A DNA stretch of 64,000 nucleotides, taken from assembly GCA_951406725.2 (NCBI GenBank), contig OX597822.1, positions 53,878,001 to 53,942,000 of the forward strand, in the 5' to 3' direction. Source of the stretch: Octopus vulgaris. Lineage: Eukaryota. The position numbers and the translations under genes were made by a program. Position 1 is the first letter of the stretch; each line of letters begins with the position of its first letter. Below, in pieces: positions 38,338 through 51,530 of this stretch. Below the pieces are notes generated by a model that worked only from the letters and a program-made list of their open reading frames with translations, did not search any database and was not told where the DNA came from.

Positions 38338-38339
<2 letters not shown>
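38228..38339. mobile_element. 112-nt structured mini-element inserted in (TA)n
   Basis: A second close copy at 43228-43340 is also in (TA)n. Multiple internal helices. Confidence 0.7.
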
Positions 38340-38361
<22 letters not shown>

Positions 38362-38368
<7 letters not shown>

Positions 38369-38456
38369 AATAAGGAAATGAAGAAATACATCTTAATCAA
38401 TAATCAACTACCAGATTATTGATTAAGATGTATTTCTCCATTTCCTTATTTTGTAT
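38362..38456. repeat. Hairpin with arms of about 43 bp at the edge of a (TA)n-inserted repeat
   Basis: ATACAAAATAAGGAAATGAAGAAATACATCTTAATCAATAATC is mirrored by GATTATTGATTAAGATGTATTTCTCCATTTCCTTATTTTGTAT. Confidence 0.8.
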
Positions 38457-38793
38457 CATTAATTTGTGGTAAAACATTTTACCTTTGTCCATATAATACA
38501 GTGAATGAATTAATTGCATCGCAATTCTTAACATTTATGTATTAGCTTTGTTGGGTGCTAGCAGTATATACTAGCAGTATATTGGATATATGTTATCCCA
38601 TGGTGGGTTGCACTCACAACCCCTATCTCAATTTGTATATCATCATCATTTAGCGTCCGTTTTCCATGCTAGCATGGGTTGGACGGTTTAACTGGGGTCT
38701 GTGAAGCCGGGAGGCTTCATCCGGCCCAGTCAAATTTGGCAGTGTTTCTATATATATATATATACATGCATGTATGTATGTGTGTATATATAT

Positions 38794-38836
<43 letters not shown>

Positions 38837-39465
38837 CATGTGTGTATGTATGTATATGTGTGTGTGTTAATGATAGGTGCAATGAATGCAGTGGTTATTA
38901 GTATTAATAGCCTATTAGTTAAACTTCCAGGGCAGTGTGGCATGTATCAAATGAATCAACAGAAGGAAAAAGGTTATTTCTTTCAGATCTTATTTATCTG
39001 TCAATTTGTTGTTAGGAAGAATATACAAAGGCTGTAACTGTTTGTTGTTTTGTAATGGTAGAGCATGATAGTATAGTAAGAATAGCAGTCATGTGCCTCT
39101 GACCATGTTGGGTGGAAAAGACAGAAAGGCATGCTAGAAAGAGAAAGATGTGCTGCATCTAAAAGCAAAAACAAACTGTCCTAAAATAATAGGAGCAGGC
39201 ATGTTTCTCTGTCAAGGTGCTGGGTTAAAGAGAAAGAATTCTGTTTAGTGCACTGTAGTTATACATGTTCATGTTCAAGCTGTATGTAGGCTGGAGAACA
39301 AAACAGGGTGAATATGTTTATCTATGTTGAACTGAATTTAACCTAAGTGGTTGAATAAAAGAATAGAGCTTATCTAAGTATGACAGTTGACTGTCATAAA
39401 TTTGCAAGTATGAATGCTGATAACTATACAAAAAAGCTTATAATATAATAATAATATAATAATAA

Positions 39466-41580
39466 AACATTGTGTACAGTGCTCAGGTGCACTATAACTC
39501 ATCTAAAGTGTATGTATAGTACATAGGGTAATGTACAAGCATCAGGAAAAGAACAGTGCATGAGTCATGACATACACATATGTGTATGAGTATGGAAGGG
39601 GGACAATCAGGTGTAGTTTCGGCGGATTTCGGAAGGCATGAGGGTCTTAAAGGATGCAGTGTCATGGCAGTCAACAACTGATGCAGGCAGTTTGTTCCAT
39701 GCTTCAGCAACTCTGAGCGTGAAAAAATGTTTCCGAAAGTCATGGGAGCTGTGCTGTTTTCTGACTTTGTAGGCATGTCCACGTGTGTTGGACACATGGA
39801 GATCAAAAAGGTGTTCAGTGTTGTTGTTGGTGAGGTGGTTGATAACTTTGTGGGTGTTTACCAAGTTCATCGCCAGACACCGGAGCTTCAGTGAATCCAT
39901 GCCCAGGGAAACAAGGTGCTCAGAGTATGGTAGGTGTCTGATGGAGGGTATGCGTTTGGTTGCACGTCTCTGAACAGATTCCAGGAAGTCAATGTTCTGA
40001 GCAAGATAGGGGTTCCAAACTGATGATGTGAATTCCAAGTGTGGTCGTACCATAGCTGTATACAGCTTCAAATAGATGACTGGAGAGTGGCTAACAAAAG
40101 TCTTGCTGAGTGATGCTAAGACACCCTTGGCCTTCTTGACAATTTTAGAGATATGCTTTGTCCAACGCAAATCACTGCTGACAGTGATGCCTAGGTCACG
40201 CTCGCAAGAGGATTTCTTGATATCAGTGTTGTGGAGGGAGTATGTGGACGCAGGGTTTTTTCTCCCAAAATGCATGGTGGTACACTTGTCCACAGCCAGT
40301 TTCAGTTACCAGTCTGTGATCCATTGCTGCATTATGTCCAGGTCTGATTGCAGGAAAGAGTTGTAGACATCAGGATCTGTCCTCTTGATTTCAAGGTACA
40401 GCTTGATGTCATCTGCATATTTCAATGCTGTGGCATTCTTTAAATTAGCATCTATGTCATTAATGTATGCCACAAACAAGAGGAGACCAAGAACAGATCC
40501 CTGTGGTACACCCGATGACATCTCATATGGTGTAGAATGCTGTCCTAGAACTGTGACTACCTCCTTTCGGCTGAGAATGAAGGATTTCAATCAGTTAAAA
40601 AGATCATCCCTCACACCCATTGCAGAGAGTTTCACCATAAGCCTTTTGTGTGGTACAGAATTAAAAGCCTTAGCAAAGTCAAGGTAGACAACATCCACCC
40701 ATGAGCCACTGTCAGTGATCTGAGTAATGTCCTCAAGGAACTCGACAAGCTGATCACTGCAGCTGGAGTTAGGGACAAATCCATATTGTGAGGGTCGGAT
40801 GAGACTGTGAGAGCTCCAGAAGTTCCAAAGTGTTTCTCTGACACACGATTCCATCAGTTTTGCAATACAGCTAGTGAGACTGACTGGGCAATAGTTGACA
40901 GGTGATGTGCGGTCGCCCTTTTTGAACAGAGGAATGACACTGGCGGTTTTCCACTGCTCCAGAGTAGCACCATTGTTGAGACAGTACTGCAAAAAAATAG
41001 AAAGCTGGTGTAAAAGGAAGTACCTGCCACATTTGAGAAGCAGGTATGTAACACCATCAAGACCAGGGCAGGCATAGTTGCGCTTATTTTGAAGGTGACG
41101 TCGCAGCATTGCAGGTGTAAATTCCATGGTTGTTATGGAATTTGCTGTTAGAGATGGTGAAGATGGTACATTTTGATTTTCAACAGTGAATATGCTTGCA
41201 TAGCACTCGGCAATGAGTTCTGCGCATTCCTTGGGATCGTCAGTGATCTGGCTTGTGTGAGGGTTGCGAAGAGGGCCCACTGGAGAGTGAGGTCTCTGCT
41301 TCGAATGCACATATTTCCAGAAAACCTTGCTGTCAGGATTGGCTGCTATGCACTGTTCAAATTCAAGCACTGCTTTTTTTGTCACTTGCTTGAGATGGTT
41401 GGAAGATTTATTCCGCTTTTTCCTGTTGGTGTCTGATTTATGCAACTTGTATTCCCATTCAGCAGTCTGACGTTCCTTCCTGGCAAGTTGGACCGCTGGA
41501 AAACTTTATGGAAAACTTTAGACAAAGGTTTTGATTCTGAGGTAAGAACCCATAGTTTGTTTTTATTGGAAACCTCCATA
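39466..41580 (-). mobile_element. CR1-group LINE, 5'-truncated, RT domain with stops and frameshifts
   Basis: Motifs PLFKKGD, PVSLTS, YLDFAKAF, GVPQGSVLG, YADD, VRPHLE and ESVQRRATK. It ends at a (TAA)n tract. Confidence 0.92.
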
Positions 41581-43105
41581 TCAAGGAATCTTTATTGATT
41601 CTCCGACTTAACCCCAAAATTAACAATTGGCTGGAGCTGCCACTGCCATAACCAATTTCTTTCTTTTCTTTTCTTTTCTACTATAGACACAAGGCCCGAA
41701 ATTTTTTGGGAGGAAGCCAGTCAATTAGATCGACCCTAGTATGTAACTGGTACTTAATTTATTGGCCCCGAAGGATGAAAACCAAAGTCGACCTCAGTGG
41801 AATTTGAACTCAGGACGTAAAGAAAGACGAAATACCCATTCCTTTACTACCCACAAGGGGCTAAACACAGAGAGGACAAACAAGGACAGACAAACGGATT
41901 AAGTCAATTATATCGACTTCAGTTCGTACCTGGTACTTAATTTATTGACCCCGAAGGATGAAAGGCAAAGTCGACCTTGGTAGAATTTGAACTCAGAATG
42001 TAAAGAGAGACGAAATACCGCTAAGCATTTCGCCCGGCGTGCTAACATTTCTGCCAGCTCGCCGCCTTGCCATAACCAATATCATCACCACTATGATGAT
42101 GATTGGTATTGTTGCCTGCATGCACCAACTTTGCCACTGCTGTGATTGAAACCATCATTGCTACAATGATGAATTTTGTCATTTTCTCCCAGGCCCTTTA
42201 CACCAACTACTACAACATCTACCCCTATTACTACAAATACTACATAAAAAGCACCATCCGAATGTGGCCGTTGCCAGTGCAGCCTCCACTGGCTTCTGTG
42301 CTGGTGGCACATAAAAAGCATCATCCAAACGTGGCCGATGCCAGCACCGCCTTGACTGGCTTCTGTGCCGGTAGCACAAAAAAAAGCACCAACCGATCAT
42401 GGCCGATGCCAGACCCCTCTGGCACCTGTGCAGGTGGCACGTAAAAAGCACCCACTACACTCGCGGAGTGGTTGGCGTTAGGAAGGGCATCCAGCTGTAG
42501 AAACACTGCCAGATCAGACTGGAGCCTGGGGCAGCCCCTGGCTCCCCAGACCCCGGTCCAACCGTCCAACCCGTGCTAGCGCGGAAAACGGACGTTAAAC
42601 GATGATGATGATGATGACCACCACTGCTGTCAACATACAGCAAACCATCCATCCTTGTCCCCACCCCCACTGTAGTCGACTTTTTTAGCCACCAGCAACA
42701 TTATTTTTGGAGAACTGCTGTTGCTATCATTCCATTTGACAAACTGGGTGGGGGCAGACAAAGTAGGTTTGTCACTACCTATTCAGCAATCAACATGGCA
42801 GCAATCAACATTAGTGGTTCTCAACCAGGGTCCATTTGGCCCTTGGGGGGTTCACATAGGATTTTTGTTGTTAAAATTTATTGTGGCTGCGTGGTAAGAA
42901 GCTTGCTTCCCAAATACATGGTTTTGGGTTCAGTCCCACTGTGTGACATCTTGGGCAAGTGTCTTCTACTATAGCCTCAGGCTGACCAAAGCCTCAAGAG
43001 AGGATTTGGTTGATGGAATCTGAAAGAAGCCCATCATATGTATGTGTATATATATATATCATCATCATTGTTTAATGTCCGTTTTCCGTGCTTCCATGGG
43101 TTGGA

Positions 43106-43159
<54 letters not shown>

Positions 43160-44404
43160 CATCATCATTGTTTAATGTCCGTTTTCTGTGCTTGCATGGG
43201 GTTGGACGATATATATATATATATATATGGCCTGCTCGCTTAGCCAGCGGGGTGGTGTCATTTGAAGGCTCAAAACAATGCAAAGCTCATTGTGACCAGT
43301 GATGTGCCGCAACATCTGATAGCCTGGTCGGTCACGGTGACGATGACGGATATATATATATGTATGTATATATCTGTGGGTGTGTGTCTTTGTGTCTGTG
43401 TTTGTTCCCTCATCACTGCCTGACAACTGGTGCTGATGTGTTTATGCCTCTGTAACTTAGCTGTTCAGCAAAAGAGACTGATATAATAAGTACTAGGCTT
43501 AAAAATAAGTCCTGGGGTTGATTTCTTTGATCAAAACTCCTCGAGGTGGTGCTCTAGGATGGCCACAGTTAAATGACTGAAACAAGGAAAAGAATAAAAG
43601 AATAGTACACAAAATATTTCAACAATTTTTTAAAAACAATTCCTAATAATATTTAATTATAACGATATGATATAATTTTTGAAACATTGAATGCCTAGGA
43701 GGGTCCATTTGAGTGAAACAGGAACAAGGGGGTCCATAGGTGAAAAAAAAAAAATGGTTGAAAAATACTGATCTACATAAACTCACATTTCTAAACTATT
43801 CATTTCTGATGATGGACCTCTGTGACTAAAATATATAAAGGGTGTTTGTTTTTTTAACTTACCCTTTTTGCATTGTGAGAAATTCTCTGTCTTCATTATT
43901 TGTTACTCTTTTACTTGTTTCAGTCATTTGACTGTGGCCATGCTGGAGCACCGCCTTTAGTTGAGCAAATTGACCCAGGACTTATTCTTTGTAAGCCTAG
44001 TACTTATTCTATTGGTCTCTTTTGCTGAACCGCTAAGTTACGGGTACGTAAACACACCACCATCGGTTGTCAAGCGATGTTGGGTGGACAAACACACACA
44101 CACACACACATATATACATATATACAATGGGCTTCTTTCAGTTTCCGTCTACCAAATCCACTCACAAGGCCTTGGTTGGCCCGAAGCTATAGTAGAAGGC
44201 ACTTGCCGAAGGTGCCACACAGTGGGAATGAAACCGGAACCATGTGGTTCATAGCATAAGCAAGCTACTTACCACACAGCCGCTCCTGTCATTTTAACTT
44301 TTCAAGTAGGCCATGGTAGGATTTGAACATAAAACACAAAGAGAGAGAAGAAATATCACAAAATAGCTAGTAAGAAAGAAAAGTATTGGTGTAGTCCTCT
44401 AATA

Positions 44405-45142
44405 TGTGAACGTGACCTGGGCATTATTGTCAACAGCGACTTGTGTTGGACAAAACACATTGCTAAAATTGCCAAGAAGGCTGAGGATGTCTTGGCATCA
44501 CTCACCAAGTCCTTTGTGAGCCACTCTCCGGCTATCTATCTGCAGCTTTATATAGCTATGGTGCAACCTCACCGGGAATTTGCATCAGTGGTCTGGAACC
44601 TCTATCTTGCCCAGGATATTAATTGTCTGGAAACTGTTCAGTGATGTGCAACCAAGAGAATACCCTCCATCAGGTATTTGCCATATTCTGAATGCCTTAC
44701 TTCCCTGGGCATGGATACATTGAAACTCCGACGTCTGACAGCTGACTTGGCAGACACCCATAAAATTATTAATCACCTTACTAACAATAACTCTGAGCAC
44801 CTTTTCAAACTCCACCTGTCTAACACCTGTGGACATGTTTACAAAGTCAGAAAACAGTACAGCTTCCATGACTTTCGGAAACATTTTTTCATGCTAAGAG
44901 TTGCTGAAGTATGGAACAAACTGCCGGCATCAGTTGTTAGTTGTTGGAGCACTGCATCCTTCAAAGCTTCCATCCTTCCTGAGATTCACCAGCACTACAC
45001 CTGATTTTCTCCCCTCCATACACATGCAAGCATGTATCTGACACATACACTGTTCACTTCCTAGATATTTGTACATTACTGCATATACTTTATATGCACT
45101 TTTGACAAGTTGTAGTGCACCTGAGCACTGAATACAATAATT

Positions 45143-45146
<4 letters not shown>
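44405..45146 (+). mobile_element. Second, shorter copy of the CR1-group LINE 3' end, with an (ATT)n tail
   Basis: ORFs 44441-44644 and 44678-45004 match ORF 39607-40293, and the 3' UTR is the same. Confidence 0.9.
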
Positions 45147-45175
<29 letters not shown>

Positions 45176-45180
45176 TATTA

Positions 45181-45225
<45 letters not shown>

Positions 45226-45229
<4 letters not shown>

Positions 45230-46200
45230 TAGTTTTATTTTTATAGCGTGCTTTCACTTCACTACCGAGCGCAGCTCTGTGTGCCTTGGGTATGTGCTGT
45301 GATTTGTTGTGATGCTCTGATGGTTATTGTATGGAAAGTGCTCTGCGTAGGATGTGTGCAGTGCCTAGTAGTGCAATTTTCTGTATGATATATGTGTTTG
45401 TAAGTCCTGGTGTTTTTGTTATGTATTTGTCTGAATATTTTTTTATCATGCCTAATGCACCTACTATGATAGGAATTGTTTCTGTTTTCAGATTCCACAT
45501 TCTAGTTACCTCTATTTCCAGGTCTTTGTATTTTGAGAGTTTCTCCATTTCTTTTAGAGACACGTTGTCATCTGCCGGTATTGATACATCAATTAGAAAG
45601 CATTTTTTTCTTCATGATCTCTGACAACTATATCTGGTCTGTTGGCCTTAATTTCTCTATCTGTGTGTATCGGCATATCCCAGAGTATGGTTGCTTTCTC
45701 GTTTTCTGTAACCTTTTCTGGTGTGTGCCTATACCATCTTTTTTCTGTTGTTATTCCATAATGTTGGCATAGCTTCCAATGTATGTAGGTTCCAACTCTG
45801 TCATGTCTGTGAATATATTCCTTCTTAGCCAGGACTGGGCAGCTAGAGATAATATGATTTATTGTTTCTTGTCCATCTCCACATATTCTGCAGTTACTTG
45901 TAATATTTCTTTTCATTACATGTTTTTGGTAATTTCTGGTGGGGAGGCTTTGGTCTTGTGCTGCAATTAAAAATCCCTCTGTTTCTGCTTTGAGTCCTGA
46001 GCTTCTCAACCGTTGCTGGGTTCTTTCTTTGTCTATTTCTTTTGCGTTTAGTTTAGTGCAGTATTTACCATGAAGGGGCTTTTCTTGCCATCGTTTTATC
46101 ATGGTTCGTTGCTGTTCTATTTTTAGTTTGGATTTCATTTGTTTTATAGCTTTTGTTGTTTCTTCATCATCTTCTTCTTCTTCTTCATGTTTATTAGGTG
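45226..46200 (-). mobile_element. R4/Dong-clade LINE 3' fragment (CCHC plus restriction-like endonuclease)
   Basis: Motifs AAQDQ, CRIC...ETINHIISSC, YIHRHD, RPDIVV, KYKDL and IQKIALLGTAHILRR. Flanked by (TAA)n on both sides. Confidence 0.9.
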
Positions 46201-46263
46201 GTATGATTTCTTCTTCTTCTTCTTCTTCTTCTTCTTCTTCTTCTTCTTCTTCTTCTTCTTCTT

Positions 46264-46325
<62 letters not shown>

Positions 46326-47575
46326 ATAACAATTTATAAATATGGTTTTATTTGGAGATGGTCAAATTCAATTTTTGTCAAATTAACCACTCTATAAACT
46401 TGTTCTTCACTTCAGCTTTGTTATCATTCTGGATGGAGAGAATAATTATTGGGATGGAGTGTCACTGAAGAGGTCAAAGGATGTGTGATGAAATATTTCC
46501 AGACAATGGACATAAAATAAGAACAATAATAAGCAAGTGAAGAATGAATACACAGTGTGTGTGTTTATTTGGCAAGAAAAAAATTGACCGTCCCTAAATA
46601 TAACAATACATGATTCTGATTACACATCAGAAAACTTGCAAAACAAATACATAAATTTATAAATATATATATATATATATAAATCAATTTATAGAATTTT
46701 ATTATCATCTTCAACATCATTATTTATAAAGACATCTGTTTAGATATTTTCTTAAAAAAAAAAAGAAAAGAAAAAATTAAAAACTAAAAAATAACATTTT
46801 TCCAGTTTTCCATATCAAATATATTTCCGCTAAATGAAAGCATCATGTACAATATTAATTATATTGCCTAAGTTTTTCTTCATGTAGTCATGAAAACAGT
46901 TTTAGCAGCTGGTCTAATGGTAATTGCATTGGTTCCTAAATATAAGAGTTGCAGCTCAAATTGGGTCACAATATAATTCTAAAAAGAGTTAGTCTTTGAT
47001 GAAATGTAAAATGTTCTATGAAAATGTGTTTTTTAACCCTTTTGTTACCAACCCACCTGAAACTACTCCTGGTTCTAGGACACAAGCATCCTCTCTTAAA
47101 ACAGTCTATATTGAAATCGTCCATCAAAATTTCATGTTAATTTAAGTTCCAAGCACCAGCTTAATAATGACAAAATTCTTGTGCTAAATTCTTAATTAGT
47201 TAAAAAATTAATTGAAGGAAAAGTTCTATATTTCAGCAGAAATATGGCAACAAAAAGGTTAACAAGCCATTGGCATCATTAGAATCACAATGCAACACTT
47301 ACCTCAAACAGAAAGTAAGGAATATTTTAGCAAAAGTATCAAATATAAATTTTATAAAATTTTTGGATAATTGCTTTTTTTTTATATTTTACATTTAAAT
47401 ATATATATAAAAAAAAGAAATTTTGTTTTGCCAGTATGAGTTGTGATACTAAAAGATTTGGAACTGTTGGTTTATTGGAATGGAAGAATAAAATCCAGTT
47501 AGGAGAGTTAAGAGCGCTGAAGTTTACCAAGTTATTACTAACAAAGCATTTTTAGTGTTCATGCAACGCTGGTTA

Positions 47576-47773
47576 TCATGCAGCATCAACATCAGTTATT
47601 TCATTTTTCATTGGTATTTCTTCTGCACTAGGGCTTCGAGATGGGGCATCGTTCTTGTCTCGTTTCCTCAGACAACATCGGTAGGAAAGGCTGTCAGTTT
47701 TTCTGGTTGAGAATACCTTGTCGTATAATACTGACCCTATGATACTGCCGGTTAGTGGACCAATCCAGTAGGC
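47576..47773 (-). CDS. Aquaporin (MIP family), last coding exon (AYWIGPLTGSIIGSVLYDKVF...DVDAA*)
   Basis: CATACAG acceptor. YWxGP starts TM6, and the exon ends TGA TAA. Confidence 0.9.
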   Translation of the reverse strand, partial: AYWIGPLTGSIIGSVLYDKVFSTRKTDSLSYRCCLRKRDKNDAPSRSPSAEEIPMKNEITDVDAA

Positions 47774-48096
47774 CTGTATGGAAATAATAATAAGACCAAT
47801 AAAAATGAATGGATAAACTATGCGTTCCGATAACAAGAAGCAGTTACAAACACCACAGACCTGATATTGTTCTGAGGGACAGAGAACAAAAGTTGTGTAT
47901 CATTGTAGAGGTCAGCAGGAGTTCATCATAAGTTCACCATTTATTATGGTGAACTAATGTTGAACTTATAGATCATGTACCCTCCTCCTCCTCCTCCTCC
48001 TCTTCCGCTCTGTTTTCTTTGATTGTGACAGTTGCAGGATGTGCAGACCCTGGATCATCTTCAAAACTCTCCCTCCCCTACCTAAATTCAGCTGCC

Positions 48097-48130
<34 letters not shown>

Positions 48131-48959
48131 TGTATGTATGTATGTATGTATGTATGTATGTATGTATGTATGTATGTATGTATGTATGTATGTATGAATG
48201 TATGTATGTATGTATGTATGGATGGATGGATGTCATTGTTCAGTTTTATTTCAAGACTTTTTGCCAATAGAGAAAGAGCCAGTTTCTAACCTAGATTCAA
48301 GGCTCCTTCATCGGAATTTTAACATCAACAACAGGGTATTTTTGTTTGTATGTATGTATATGTGAAAATTTGTATGTTTTGTTTTATGTATGTATTCTCA
48401 TGCATATAGTTGCATATCTAGACATGCTCATATATATTTAAATGATAAACTTCTGGAAAGTTTTACAGATTTTTACTGTTCCAGTGATGGATTGGATCTG
48501 TAATGTATGTATGTATGTATGTATGTATGTTTGTATGTATGTATGTATGTATGTATGTATGTATGTATGGCTCAAGAAAAAACAAAACAAAACAAAAAAC
48601 TCAAAGATGAGGTGAAAGAACAACAAAGAGGATATAGATTTACACCAAGGAAAAATGGGAAAGGTCTTTAGGATTTTGAGTCTATGTAGAAGAAATCTTC
48701 ATGGTTCAAAGGAGAAGAAGGTTGCAACAATGCACTGTGGAGTGCAGAGAGGAAGATGAGGTAAATAAGACATTGTGGTCATTTACTGCATTTATCTTCA
48801 TCCCTAATCATCTGGACCTGGCCTTGTCACTGGATTGTAGGTGGTCACAAATAAAAGAGTGAGATTCACAAGATGCAACTTTTCTTCACTTTAAACAAAA
48901 TCACAGCACAAGTCATACATACAAGTACACATCATTGACAAGGCCCAAGAAGGCTGAAA

Positions 48960-51530
48960 GGCATCTGGCATTCTTGCTAACCACTGTCAAGATAATTTTT
49001 CATCTCCCTCTGATATATGTATATATATATATATATAGATATATATTTGAAGGTATTGACAAGGCGTTCTGCTTGTCCATTATGTCTGGGATGGTATGGT
49101 GCTGTAGTTACATGTTCTACAGCAAACGTTTCACAAAATTTTAAAAATTCACTAGACATAAGATGTATTCCATTGTCAGGCACTAACTTATCTGGGATGC
49201 CAAATCTAGTAAACATTGTGTGTAAAAAGTTTATCACCAGTGTGGAGGTTGGTTTTTTTACACTTACAAATTTCTGGCCATTTTGAGAAACTATTAACTA
49301 TCACTAAGTAGTAATAACTGTTTTAAGGACCAGCAACATCAATGTGTATTCTCGACCATGGAATACCTACTTTTGAACAGTCTTTATTTTTTATTGTGGC
49401 AAATTTTAAATTTCGTTTTCTACTCTGTTTTACTGCATTTTTTTTGTTTTAGTCCCTCAGCCGCATTCAGACCTTCAACTGAACCGACTATATTTCCACA
49501 CAAAACACTTATGGGCATATCCCTCAATTTGAATAGTTCCATCCATTCTGTGCCAAATATATTAAGTGAATCTTCTAATATGTATATCTTTGCCTTTTTT
49601 GTTTGACCTCGAAATGTTACATTACATATGAATTCACTGAAAAATATAATCTTTTTCCTGTAACACCATGTGCTTCATTTTTAGATTTAATTAATTTCAG
49701 CTTACCGACATATTCCCAAGTTTTTTTCGCTTATAATGATGATATTACTTCCTGTGTCTAATTTCATTTAAACACTTGTATTTCTGATTTTCACCTTCAT
49801 GAATTTCCTCATCGTTATATTACCAATTTCTTCTGATGACATACTATTTATTCTTTTTTCTTTGTTCTGATGTTTTGTCATCTTCGTTCTACTGTGCATC
49901 TTTATGTGTCCTCTATTTCCACAATGGAACTACTCTGCTTTTTTAAATGGACAGTTTTTCCTCCAGTGTATATCTCCACATGCACAACATGAGTTTATTT
50001 CCTGATTTTTGTTGTCTTTTTTAGAAAACGCTTTCTCTCTATTCAGATTATTTTTCACACTTGCTTTACTTGGAAATAATCTTTATGTTCAATTTCCTCC
50101 GTGTTGTATCTTAATTTGGCTATCCTTTCACATTCTTCTGACACTTGCAGTAGGGTTACATCCTAATTTTGTTCCAGCTTTGCGGGAATTGTAGTTCTAA
50201 CTTCTGCGTCCTTTTTGGCAGCATGCTCCTGTGTAAAAATCAGGCAGTTAAACATATCTGGCATTAATTCATCTAGCTCAAACTTCTTGTATTTCCTGTT
50301 TACTCTACCAGCATATGTGATGTAGTCCTCATTGTTGATTTTCTCTGCATTCAAACAATTCCAACATGTGTTGAACAATGAGCTGGGTTTGGCTACTCCA
50401 CATTGATAAGGGGCAAATACCTCAAAACTAAAGCTTATGTCCGAAGGTTTTCTTGGGAGTACTGTATCGTCCGTGTTCTGTTGTCACCTATTTTTCATCT
50501 CGTCCCAATTTTTACATTCTTTCTCAAAGATTTGCTCATATCTTCTGTAGTATGCTTCAAAAGTAACTCCTTTATCAGGTTCGTATTTGAACTCTGTTAA
50601 GGAGTTTGTGACACAGTCTGTCAAGTATATTTTTTGTGACTTTCCTGATGACTTCAGTAATTGCAGCATTTGTTGCTGTAATATTATTTGTTTTTGCTAT
50701 TGCTTCCATTGTTGCTCTCGCAATTGTATCTGCTGCTGTCTTCTTCTTCTTCCAATCAGGATTCATGCCATTAGCCACAAAGAATAATCTCTAATTTGAG
50801 CCTATTCTAAGCTACTAACAATGTGTGTGGCAACTTGAAGATCCACCCACCAGACGCAATAGACTGGCGGTTGCATGGGTGCGAAAGCTACGTCGTTATC
50901 CTCATTCCGTAAATGGTGGCTTTTAATGGGTGGAGAGCTGAACCATCCTGGGGTACAGAGGATTCGCAATCTAGACTAGGGTCTGAAAGTTTACCACACC
51001 ATAGTGGGTTACACCATGGTTCCTCTGCTTTGTGGCAGAAGTAGAAAGAAAGAGCGAGAGAAAGTTGTGGTGAAAGAGTACAGCGGGATTCTCCCCCTCC
51101 CCCACATTCTTACAACTGCGAGTCCGCTGCCCTAACCACTAGGCCATTGCGCCTCCTCTCTGCTGCTGTTGTTGCTTCAGCTGTTGTTCTTGCAGTTGCT
51201 GTTGTTGCTGTTTTTGCAACTTGAGCAAATCGGCCAACAAATTTCCCATAATTTTATGATTTTTTTCATAAAATGTGCTCAAAAACTTTTATGAGTTTGT
51301 TAACTCCTCGTGAGTTGTTAATTCCTCATGAGTTGTTTAAATCCTTGTTGAGTTTATTGATTCCTCGTGAGTTGTTTAAATCCTCATCACTACTGTTGTA
51401 TCCTTACAATGCTGGCTTGTTATGATGCCCACTTCGGTATACACTATACTTAATGAAACCAGTAAAGACTGTCTACTAGATACTCTGGTATTTCACATAC
51501 TTCTTACTTATATTGATTAGATTATTCCAT
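48960..51530 (-). mobile_element. Decayed Ty3/Gypsy (Mag-like) LTR retrotransposon in the aquaporin intron
   Basis: Gag-like FEAYYRRYE, two CCHC-like knuckles (about 49890-49995), protease LDTGS (about 49750-49765), integrase PWSRIHID and FGIPDKLVPDNG...TAPYHP, and a degenerate PBS after ACAACA at about 51381-51399. Confidence 0.8.
50770..51160 (-). mobile_element. tRNA-derived SINE-like insertion inside the Gypsy gag region
   Basis: The minus strand starts GGAGGCGCAATGGCCTAGTGGTTAGGGCAGCGGACT (A-box-like) and interrupts a poly-Gln-coding stretch. Confidence 0.55.

Noticed and set aside
42241-42450. Regularly spaced repeats of about 45 bp with variable spacers (CRISPR-like)
   Set aside because: They are internal tandem units of a dispersed SINE-like family. 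The spacers resemble one another, the context is eukaryotic and there are no cas genes.
46101-46339. Poly-S/F/K ORFs
   Set aside because: Translations of (TTC)n and (TTA)n microsatellites.
48271-48320. Minus-strand CCGATGAAG...GAAACTGG hammerhead-like motif
   Set aside because: U4 is altered and no stem I pairing is visible. It may be a decayed relative but is unsupported here.
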